Source: Bacteroidales bacterium
Lineage (GTDB): Bacteria; Bacteroidota; Bacteroidia; Bacteroidales; UBA932
Direction of reading: 5' to 3'
Assembly: GCA_017529425.1 (NCBI GenBank)
Contig: JAFXNQ010000034.1
Span: 15,112 to 79,111 of the forward strand
Length of the DNA: 64,000 nt
In this document: positions 27,669 through 35,137 of the stretch, one piece after another
Layout: each line of letters begins with the position of its first letter
How positions within the stretch are numbered: the stretch's first letter is position 1
Made by a program: the position numbers and the translations under genes
Notes under the pieces: generated by a model
Databases searched by the model: none
The model's input: the letters and a program-made list of their open reading frames with translations, nothing else
Told to the model about the DNA's origin: nothing

Positions 27669-30600
27669 GGCCCGAGCCCCGCAACCATAAGCAAGAGACC
27701 CATGTGGCACCTTTGAACGTTCTGGAAGAAGAGATCAGCGCCCTCATCAGGGAGAGCGTGGGCATCAGCGGCTTCGGCCTGACGGACCCCCTGTATTACA
27801 GCGGCCTGTCGTCCCTGAGCGCCCTTCGCCTGGCCACCGAACTGTACAACCGCTACGGGCTGGATCCCGACATGAACACATTTGTGAAGACGGCCAGCCT
27901 CCAGAGCATAGAAAACGACATTCTCAAGATATTGATGGCCAAGGACGCGGCTCAGGAAACGGAGACGGAAAGTGCTGCCGACGAGCCGCAGGAACTTACT
28001 TTCCAGCAGACCGGTCTCTACCTGGACTGCGTCAGAAACCCCTCTTCTACCGCCTATAACCTGCCTTTCATCCTCACTTTCCCCGAAGGGACCGGAGGCG
28101 ATGACCTGAAGAGAGCCCTGCGCGCAGTGCTGGAGGCACACCCCGCCGTGCTGGGCCATTTTGAGCAGAAAGACGGCAAGGTGTTCCTGATGCCCGGCAG
28201 GATGGGAGAGGATATTCCATACACCACCCTCAAGAGCGAGGAGGAGTTCCTCAAGCTGAAGGAGACCTTCATGCAGCCGTATAACCTCGGCACAGGGCCG
28301 CTCTACTGCTTCAATATTGTGAAAACGCCCTTCAAGCTGCGGCTGATGGGCGATATTCACCATCTGGTGTTCGACGGCCGCTCTTACGACGTATTCCTCG
28401 AGCAGCTCACCGCCGCCATGGAGGGGAAAGCTCCCGAGATGGAGAGTTATACCTACTTCCAGTACGCCAAGGACCAGCAGGCATATCAAGACAGTCCCGA
28501 ATTCAAGGAGGCGGAGGATTTCTTCACCTCCCAGCTGGCCGCCAAAGAAGACGAGACCGGCGTGCTGCCCGACAAGAAGCCCCAGGAAGACACCGTGGGC
28601 CACGAATTGTGGCTGAGGAAAAAAATCGGATGCGACGTGACGGCACGCTGCCACGCACTGGGAATCTCCCCGGCCAGCTATTTCCTCGGAGCCGCCTTCG
28701 TGACGGTGAGCGCATTCTCAGGCCAGCAGAAGGTATTCATGTGCACCGTGGCCAACGGCCGCAATGATATGCGCAGTTCCAATACCTTCGGTATGTTCGT
28801 GAACACCATCGCACTGGCTGGCGAGGTTGCCGGCCAGCAGGCCGACGAATTCCTCAAGGAGACCGACCGCAACTTCTCCAAGGCGCTCTCTTACCAGAAT
28901 TATCCCTTCGCCCGCGTCTCTTCTGCATTCGATTTCCATCCCGCGGTGATGCTGGCATACCAGGTGGGTCTGGTAGAGAAATACAGCATCGGCGGCAAAG
29001 TATTGGAGGACGAACTGCTCACCCAGGACACCCCCAAGTTCCCCCTGAGCATCTTCATAGAAGGGACCGAGGATGCTCCAGAAATCGCCCTGGCCTATGA
29101 TGACAGCCTTTATAACGAGCCGCTTATACAGAGCTTTGCCGATACGCTGGAGACCGTGTGCCGCGGCCTTCTCAAAGACGGCCCTCTTACAGGCATCCAG
29201 TTCGTTGACGGGCCTATTCTGCAGCAGCTGGACAGTTTCAACAATTACTCCCAGGAGGTGGATCTGAGCCGTACGGTGGTGGATTTGTTCCGGGAACAGG
29301 CTCGGGCTACTCCAGATGCCGCCGCCGTGCTCTTTGACGGTAAAACCATAAGCTACGGCGAGCTGGACCGCTATACGGATGCCCTGGCCGCCAAGATTCA
29401 AAGCCTCGGCCTCGGCGAAGAAGATGTTGTGTCCGTGCTCATCAACCGCAACGCATGGATGACCAAAGCCTCCCTTGCGGCAATGAAGGCTGGCTGCGCA
29501 TACCAGCCGCTCGATCCTTCTTATCCCGCCGAGCGCCTCAACTTCATGATAAAGGATGCCGGGGCCAGGCTCCTCATTGCCGAACCCGGGCTGGTGCCCC
29601 TGGTGTGCGACTACAAGGGCCCCGTCCTCACCACAGACAATCTGGAAGACCTTCCCGAGGCAACCGTACTGCATGGTGGCCCCAAGCCGGAGAATATGTA
29701 TATCCTGCTCTATACCTCCGGATCCACCGGCAAGCCCAAAGGGTGCATGCTGGAACACCATAACCTCGTGAACTTCTGCGCATGGTACCGCGAGTATTTC
29801 GATCTCCACCCGGGAGACCGCGTGGCGGCATTCGCAAGCTACGGTTTCGACGCCAACATGATGGACCAATACCCGGCCCTGACCAGCGGCGCCTGCGTAT
29901 GCATCATCCCGGAAGAGGTGCGCCACGATCTGAAAGCGCTGGATGCCTTCATCACCGACAACGGCGTCACCCACAGTTTCATGACTACCCAGGTGGGTGT
30001 GTTGTACGCCCGCAACTTCCCCGACAACCCGTCGCTGAAGCACCTGTCCACCGGCGGCGAGAAACTCGTCTCGATGGCTCCCCCTTCTTATGCATTCTAC
30101 AATGGCTACGGCCCCACCGAATGCACCATCTTCACCACGATATTCCGCGTGCTGGAGCGCGAAGACAATATCCCTATCGGACATCCCCTGTCCAACGTCC
30201 TGCTGTACGTGGTCGATCGCCAGATGAGGCGCCTGCCCGTGGGCGCGGCCGGAGAACTGCTCATCAGCGGTGCCGGAGTGAGCCGCGGCTACCTCAACAA
30301 CCCTGAGAAGACCGCAGAGAGCTATATCGAGAATCCCTTCGTGAAAGGGATGCGCGCTTACCATTCGGGAGACATCGTCCGCTATCGCAGTGACGGCAAC
30401 ATTGAATTCGTGGGGCGCAAAGACCGTCAGGTCAAGATCCGCGGCTTCCGCATAGAACTCAAGGAGGTCGAAGAGGTGATCAGGGAGATACCGGACGTAC
30501 AGGATGTCACTGTGCAGGCCTTCGACTCCCCTTCTGGCGGCAAGTTCCTGGCTGCATACGTGGTACTCAAGGAGGGGACCCTCGACGCCAAGGCCGCTGC

Positions 30601-32176
30601 CGACTTCATCCGCGAGCGCAAGCCGCCTTATATGGCTCCCGCCGCATGGGTACAGTTGGATGCCATCCCGCTCAACGTCAACCAGAAGGTGGACGTGAAG
30701 GCGCTGCCACCGGCAACACCCACCGCCACAGAAGATTACGTTGCCCCTGTTGGCGAGACCGAGACGGCACTCTGCAACATCTTTGCATCGCTGCTGGGAG
30801 TCGATCGCGTGGGTGCCATCGAGTCGTTCTTTGACCTGGGCGGAACCTCGCTGATGGTGACCAACGTCATGGTCGAGGCGGAGAAGCAGGGGCTGCATTT
30901 CGCATATTCCGACGTGTTCTCCCATCCTTCTGCCAGGGCGCTGGCCGCATTCCTCAACGGAGGACAGACTCAGCAGCAGGAGGACAGCAACATCACAGGC
31001 TACGACTATACCGACATCGACCTTCTCCTCGAAGAGAATAATCTGGATTCGTTCCGTAACGGAGAGGGCCTCAGCCTCGGACGCAATATCCTGCTGGCCG
31101 GCGCCACCGGTTTCCTGGGCATCCACGTGCTCAAGGAGTTGCTCGATAGCACCGGTCCCGATACCACCATCTGGTGCCTGCTGCGCGGCAAGGGCAGCCT
31201 TACCCCTGAACGGCGCCTGACGGAGATGCTGGTATATTATTTTGAAAAAGACTACCGCAACCTCCTCGGAAAGCGCATCCGCGTTGTCGAAGGCGACATC
31301 ACCCGCCCAGAAAGCTTCGCTTCGCTCGAAGGGATAGACATGGTGTTCAACTGCGCCGCCAATGTCAAGCATTTCTCAAAGGGTACCGACATCGAAGACA
31401 TCAACTACGGAGGTGTAAAGAACCTCGTGGAGTTCTGTGAGAAGAGGGATGCATACCTCGTGCAGGTATCTACCGAGAGCGTTGGCGGCCTCACCCCCGG
31501 CTCCGTACCCGACACACTCACCGAGCAGATGCTCTTCTTTGGACAGCTCACCGACAACCAGTACGTCCATTCCAAGTTCCTGGCAGAAAGGATTATCCTG
31601 GAGCACATGGCCCAGGGGCGGCTCAAAGCCAAGATCATGCGCGCCGGTAACCTGTCGCCCCGCGCCGAGGACGGTGAATTCCAGGTGAACATGAACTCCA
31701 ATGCCTCCATGGGCCGCCTCAAAGCCTTCAAGATGCTGGGAGCATGTCCCTACCACATGCTGGAGGGAGAGATAGAATTTACCCCTATCGACCAGGCCGC
31801 ACACGCCATGGTGCTGCTGGCCCGGACTCCCCTGAAGAACTGTGTATTCAACGTCTCCAACAACCACATCGTCCCGATGGACGACGTGCTTACCCGTCTG
31901 GAAAAAATTGACGGGAAACCATTGGAGTACGTTGAGATGCCTGAATTCCTACAGAGGATGGAGGCCGCCCAGACAGATCCTGCAAAGGCCCGCATACTCG
32001 CACCGCTGATAGCTTATCAACAGTCTGTCGCCGAACAGGAGGGTGTGGAAACCCTCGCATCGACCGCATTCACCATGCAGGTCCTCCATCGCCTGGGCTT
32101 CCGTTGGAACCACACCTCCAGCGAGTATGTAGATCTGATTTTCGAGATGCTCCGGACGCTGCAGTATTTTGATTAA
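26204..32176 (+). CDS. Bimodular nonribosomal peptide synthetase, domain order A-T-C-A-T-R (terminal thioester reductase), AusA-like
   Basis: 1990-aa ORF. A1: LLYTSGTTGTPKG (26651-26689), NCYGPTE, YRTGD, GRKDGQVKIRGFRIELKEVE. T1: YYSGLSSLSAL. C: HHLVFDG (28358-28378). A2: LLYTSGSTGKPKG (29705-29743), NGYGPTE, YHSGD, GRKDRQVKIRGFRIELKEVE. T2: FFDLGGTSLM. R: LLAGATGFLG (Rossmann) and YVHSK. Confidence 0.95.
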   Translation: MKTTPYSTVLEKFRRNVEMFPDNTAIVFENISLTYREVDRLSDNLAAYIESQVPPKSVVGIMLGRNEYMMLAPLGALKAGCAYLPLDPSYPPERLAFMMKDAGARMLLADEDLLPILKEYDGPVLKTEDIRKLHPGKPSAQPAPEDLFLLLYTSGTTGTPKGCMLSHQNVFIFCDHHRENVGFDNNTRMTGYASFGFDAFASDMYTSIISGSTLYIIPERIRLNLAALHSYFEENGITHCFMTTQVATQFAINYPECKGLKVMYTGGEKMSSFPLPKYRLFNCYGPTECMCYVVCEEVKVQEENIPIGLPLPGIHTYIVDKDGHQVPQGENGELWIAGLQVGMGYLNRPDKTAEAFLENPFEKDPDYARVYRTGDIVRYRPDGKIEYVGRKDGQVKIRGFRIELKEVEAVIREFPGIKDVTVQAFDEPGAGAGKFLAAYIVGSGEINIQELNDFIASRKPPYMVPAVTMQIDAIPLNINQKVDVKALPRPEPRNHKQETHVAPLNVLEEEISALIRESVGISGFGLTDPLYYSGLSSLSALRLATELYNRYGLDPDMNTFVKTASLQSIENDILKILMAKDAAQETETESAADEPQELTFQQTGLYLDCVRNPSSTAYNLPFILTFPEGTGGDDLKRALRAVLEAHPAVLGHFEQKDGKVFLMPGRMGEDIPYTTLKSEEEFLKLKETFMQPYNLGTGPLYCFNIVKTPFKLRLMGDIHHLVFDGRSYDVFLEQLTAAMEGKAPEMESYTYFQYAKDQQAYQDSPEFKEAEDFFTSQLAAKEDETGVLPDKKPQEDTVGHELWLRKKIGCDVTARCHALGISPASYFLGAAFVTVSAFSGQQKVFMCTVANGRNDMRSSNTFGMFVNTIALAGEVAGQQADEFLKETDRNFSKALSYQNYPFARVSSAFDFHPAVMLAYQVGLVEKYSIGGKVLEDELLTQDTPKFPLSIFIEGTEDAPEIALAYDDSLYNEPLIQSFADTLETVCRGLLKDGPLTGIQFVDGPILQQLDSFNNYSQEVDLSRTVVDLFREQARATPDAAAVLFDGKTISYGELDRYTDALAAKIQSLGLGEEDVVSVLINRNAWMTKASLAAMKAGCAYQPLDPSYPAERLNFMIKDAGARLLIAEPGLVPLVCDYKGPVLTTDNLEDLPEATVLHGGPKPENMYILLYTSGSTGKPKGCMLEHHNLVNFCAWYREYFDLHPGDRVAAFASYGFDANMMDQYPALTSGACVCIIPEEVRHDLKALDAFITDNGVTHSFMTTQVGVLYARNFPDNPSLKHLSTGGEKLVSMAPPSYAFYNGYGPTECTIFTTIFRVLEREDNIPIGHPLSNVLLYVVDRQMRRLPVGAAGELLISGAGVSRGYLNNPEKTAESYIENPFVKGMRAYHSGDIVRYRSDGNIEFVGRKDRQVKIRGFRIELKEVEEVIREIPDVQDVTVQAFDSPSGGKFLAAYVVLKEGTLDAKAAADFIRERKPPYMAPAAWVQLDAIPLNVNQKVDVKALPPATPTATEDYVAPVGETETALCNIFASLLGVDRVGAIESFFDLGGTSLMVTNVMVEAEKQGLHFAYSDVFSHPSARALAAFLNGGQTQQQEDSNITGYDYTDIDLLLEENNLDSFRNGEGLSLGRNILLAGATGFLGIHVLKELLDSTGPDTTIWCLLRGKGSLTPERRLTEMLVYYFEKDYRNLLGKRIRVVEGDITRPESFASLEGIDMVFNCAANVKHFSKGTDIEDINYGGVKNLVEFCEKRDAYLVQVSTESVGGLTPGSVPDTLTEQMLFFGQLTDNQYVHSKFLAERIILEHMAQGRLKAKIMRAGNLSPRAEDGEFQVNMNSNASMGRLKAFKMLGACPYHMLEGEIEFTPIDQAAHAMVLLARTPLKNCVFNVSNNHIVPMDDVLTRLEKIDGKPLEYVEMPEFLQRMEAAQTDPAKARILAPLIAYQQSVAEQEGVETLASTAFTMQVLHRLGFRWNHTSSEYVDLIFEMLRTLQYFD
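27700..27940 (+). other. NRPS carrier (T/PCP) domain T1 (approximate bounds)
   Basis: The core is SGLSSL in place of GG(H/D)SL. The predicted phosphopantetheinyl Ser537 codon is 27812-27814. Confidence 0.65.
27985..29250 (+). other. NRPS condensation domain (approximate bounds)
   Basis: LTFQQTGLYLDC (C1-like) and HHLVFDGRS (C3 HHxxxDG, 28358-28378). Confidence 0.8.
29265..30708 (+). other. NRPS adenylation domain A2 (approximate bounds)
   Basis: Runs from VVDLFREQARATPDAAAV to NQKVDVKALP. Strongly paralogous to A1. Confidence 0.8.
30735..30960 (+). other. NRPS carrier domain T2 (approximate bounds)
   Basis: Canonical FFDLGGTSLM. Ser1549 codon is 30848-30850. Confidence 0.8.
31085..32173 (+). 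other. NRPS terminal reductase (SDR/TD) domain
   Basis: GATGFLG at 31100-31120, NCAANV, YVHSK (YxxxK). Confidence 0.8.
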
Positions 32177-32240
32177 AGAGGCTCTTGCCGCCTAAGCGAC
32201 CACTTTGGTGTCGGGGTCAAGGAAGATACGGGAGATATCT

Positions 32241-32543
32241 CTATTCGAATTCAAAAAGTGAAATAAAACCGGTAAGTTCCAGAACGTCGCGGATCACTTC
32301 GTTGACGTTTTTGAGCACTACCCGCGAACCGACCGACTTGGCCTGTTTCAAAATGGCAAGCAAAACCCTCAGGCCGCTGGACGATATGTATTCCAACTCT
32401 GTGCAGTCTATCATTATATCCTTGCCTTTGCTATCGAGCAGTGGCGCAAGCGCCTTCTCAGTCTCTTTCGCAGCGGCTGTATCCAGTTCTCCCGACAGCG
32501 TAGCTATCAATCTCTCGTCTGTTTCTTGAATAGTGGTTGTCAT
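32241..32543 (-). CDS. STAS-domain anti-sigma-factor antagonist (SpoIIAA-like)
   Basis: ATG at 32543 (the ORF track starts at TTG 32597). LSGELDTAAA...IDCTELEYISSSGLRVLL carries the conserved phospho-Ser context. Confidence 0.7.
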   Translation of the reverse strand: MTTTIQETDERLIATLSGELDTAAAKETEKALAPLLDSKGKDIMIDCTELEYISSSGLRVLLAILKQAKSVGSRVVLKNVNEVIRDVLELTGFISLFEFE

Positions 32544-32613
32544 AATATCGATTTCGTTAAAGTTATTCAAAGATATTGTTTGTTTTTGATAACACAAAAC
32601 AATAAAATAATGT

Positions 32614-32621
32614 TAAATTTG
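32614..32621 (+). promoter_or_regulatory. Candidate -7 box (TAaaTTTG) for malQ and the starch PUL
   Basis: TAAATTTG lies 25 nt upstream of ATG 32647, in an AT-rich divergent region. Confidence 0.45.
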
Positions 32622-32646
32622 TACAAATAGGCAGCTAATTAACAAT

Positions 32647-35076
32647 ATGATACATCTTTCGATAGAATTCAACACCGTGTGGGGAGAGCGCCTCGCCGTA
32701 AGGGCGGGCTCCAGGCTCCACGAAATGCGTTATACACATAACGGCTGCTGGGAGGCCGATTTAAAGAATACAGATATCCGCAACGGGCAGGAGTATTCCT
32801 ACGAACTGCTCTGCGACGGCAAGACCGTGCGCCGCGAGTGGCGCCGGCACAAACTGCGCTATCCCCGGGGAACCAGGACCATCTCCGTGCGCGACCGCTG
32901 GATAGACCGCCCCGCCAACTCGGCATTCTGGGCATCGGCATTCAAGGATGTCATTTTCGGCCGTAAGGTATCTGCCGCCAAGGCGCTCTCTGGCAACATC
33001 GTGCTGCGCACGGCGGCTCCCGAAATCAGACCTGGGCAGGTACTGGCAATTGCCGGCAGCGGCAGTGCGCTGGGCAACTGGGCCACAGCCACTCCGCTGG
33101 GCGACAACTTCTTCCCCTGGTGGGAAACCGGCCTCACTGCAGAAGGCCCCTTCGAATATAAATATGTTATTGCCGACAGCGACTCAGGCAAAATCCTCCT
33201 CTGGGAAGAGGGGCCCAACCGCGTGTGCGATGCCTTGCCCGAAGATAATGCCGTATTGGTTATCGAAGACAGCCTTCCCCGGCTCAAACCGATGCCCTGG
33301 CGCGGCGCCGGCGTGGCGATTCCCGTTTTCTCCATCCGCACCCGGGAGAGTTTTGGCGTGGGTGAGTTCCACGACATCAAGAAGCTGGTAGACTGGGCGG
33401 TAGCCACCGGACAGAACTTTATCCAGCTGTTGCCGGTAAACGACACCAGTATGACCGGCACCTGGCAGGATTCCTACCCGTACAATGCCGTCAGCTCGTT
33501 TGCCCTCCATCCGCAGTTTATCCATCTGCCCGACGCCGGAGTCAAGGCCGACAAGGCCTACAACACTCTGCAGCAAAAGCTCAACGCCCTGGACAAGATA
33601 GACTACGAAATGGTCAACGGCGAGAAGATGCGCCTGCTGCACAAACTCTTTGACAAACAGCGCGGGAAGATAGTCGCCACCTCCGCATACCAGGCTTTTG
33701 TGGCGGCCAACAATTTCTGGCTCCTCCCTTACGCCGTGTTCTGCTGCCTGCGCGACGAGCGCGGCACCGTGGACTGGCGCAAATGGGGCGACGAAGCCGG
33801 GTATAGCCGCGAAAAGGCAGAACAGTATGCCGCAGCACACCCCGCCGGGGTGGATTTCTGGTGCTGGCTCCAATATCTGCTGGACAAGCAGCTTAAAGAT
33901 GCCGTCGCATACGCCCACACCCATAGGGTAGCCATCAAGGGCGACCTGCCCATCGGCGTGAGCCCCGTGAGCGCCGATGCCTGGACCAACCCCGACCTGT
34001 TCAACCTGGACATGCAGGCGGGTGCACCTCCCGATGCCTTCAGTGCCGACGGCCAGAACTGGGGCTTCCCTACCTATAACTGGGACCGCATGGCTGGGGA
34101 TGACTTCGCATGGTGGCGGGCGCGCCTGGGCAAGATGAGCGAATATTTTGATGCATACCGCATTGACCATATACTGGGCTTCTTCCGCATCTGGGAGATT
34201 CCCGCACGTTACAAGAGCGGCCTGATGGGCCACTTCGCCCCCGCCCTGCCATACAGCGAAGATGAGTTGCGCAAGATAGGATTCGACCTCTCCGGCGGAA
34301 GGTTCGTAACTCCGCCCGCAGACGATGAGACAGATGTGCTTTTTGTGGAAGATCCCAGAAAGAAGGGATATTGGCACCCACGCATCTCGGCCCAGTTCAC
34401 CAAGACCTATGCTCAACTGGACGGCTCACTGAAGGAGCGCTTCAACGCCCTCTACAACGACTTCTTCTACCATCGCCACGACGATTTCTGGCGGGAGAGC
34501 GCCATGCGCAAGCTCCCTTCGCTGCTGCGCAGCAGCGCTATGCTCAGCTGCGGCGAGGACCTGGGAATGATTCCGGGTTGCGTGGCCTCCGTAATGGATG
34601 AGCTGAATATCCTCAGCCTTGAAATACAGAGGATGCCCAAGGATACCAGCGTGGATTTTGCCGACCCGGCACGCTACCCTTACTACTGTGTATGCGCCAC
34701 CGGCACCCATGACACCAGTCCGCTAAGGGCATGGTGGGAAGAGGACCGCAACCTCACCCAGCGCTTCTACAACGAGATGATGCATGCCAATGGGGGCGCC
34801 CCCTGGTTCTGCGAACCATGGGTTGCCGAGTCTATCATCCGTGCACACCTCTACTCCCCGGCTATACTGGCTATACTGCCTCTGCAGGACTATCTGGCAG
34901 TGGACGGCAGGGTACGATACAGCGGTGATCCAGCCGACGAGCGTATCAACATCCCCGCCAATCCCCGCCACTATTGGCGCTACAGGATGCATCTCACGCT
35001 GGAAGATATGATTGCCGACAGCGACCTCTGCAACCGCATACGAGATATGATATCCGATGCCGCAAGGGGCAAATAG
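32647..35076 (+). CDS. malQ: 4-alpha-glucanotransferase (amylomaltase, GH77) with N-terminal starch-binding (CBM20-like) modules
   Basis: 809 aa. GH77 motifs YRIDHILGFFRIWEIP, CGEDLGMIP, GTHDTSPLRAWW. The N-terminal roughly 200 aa have a beta-sandwich repeat pattern (WGERLAV...GSALGNW). Confidence 0.85.
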   Translation: MIHLSIEFNTVWGERLAVRAGSRLHEMRYTHNGCWEADLKNTDIRNGQEYSYELLCDGKTVRREWRRHKLRYPRGTRTISVRDRWIDRPANSAFWASAFKDVIFGRKVSAAKALSGNIVLRTAAPEIRPGQVLAIAGSGSALGNWATATPLGDNFFPWWETGLTAEGPFEYKYVIADSDSGKILLWEEGPNRVCDALPEDNAVLVIEDSLPRLKPMPWRGAGVAIPVFSIRTRESFGVGEFHDIKKLVDWAVATGQNFIQLLPVNDTSMTGTWQDSYPYNAVSSFALHPQFIHLPDAGVKADKAYNTLQQKLNALDKIDYEMVNGEKMRLLHKLFDKQRGKIVATSAYQAFVAANNFWLLPYAVFCCLRDERGTVDWRKWGDEAGYSREKAEQYAAAHPAGVDFWCWLQYLLDKQLKDAVAYAHTHRVAIKGDLPIGVSPVSADAWTNPDLFNLDMQAGAPPDAFSADGQNWGFPTYNWDRMAGDDFAWWRARLGKMSEYFDAYRIDHILGFFRIWEIPARYKSGLMGHFAPALPYSEDELRKIGFDLSGGRFVTPPADDETDVLFVEDPRKKGYWHPRISAQFTKTYAQLDGSLKERFNALYNDFFYHRHDDFWRESAMRKLPSLLRSSAMLSCGEDLGMIPGCVASVMDELNILSLEIQRMPKDTSVDFADPARYPYYCVCATGTHDTSPLRAWWEEDRNLTQRFYNEMMHANGGAPWFCEPWVAESIIRAHLYSPAILAILPLQDYLAVDGRVRYSGDPADERINIPANPRHYWRYRMHLTLEDMIADSDLCNRIRDMISDAARGK

Positions 35077-35137
35077 AGAAGTTTTTTTGGATTATTAACT
35101 CAGATTCTTTACTTTCGTTACCTTTCAATACGAAAAA

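Noticed and set aside
26807-31372. Two very long antisense ORFs (615 aa at 26807-28654 and 884 aa at 28718-31372, minus strand) inside the NRPS gene.
   Set aside because: They lie entirely opposite a gene with unmistakable NRPS motifs. Their translations are low-complexity (Gly/Ala/Val/His/Leu-rich) with no recognisable motif, signal or promoter. This is a typical stop-codon-poor shadow frame of a GC-rich, codon-biased gene.
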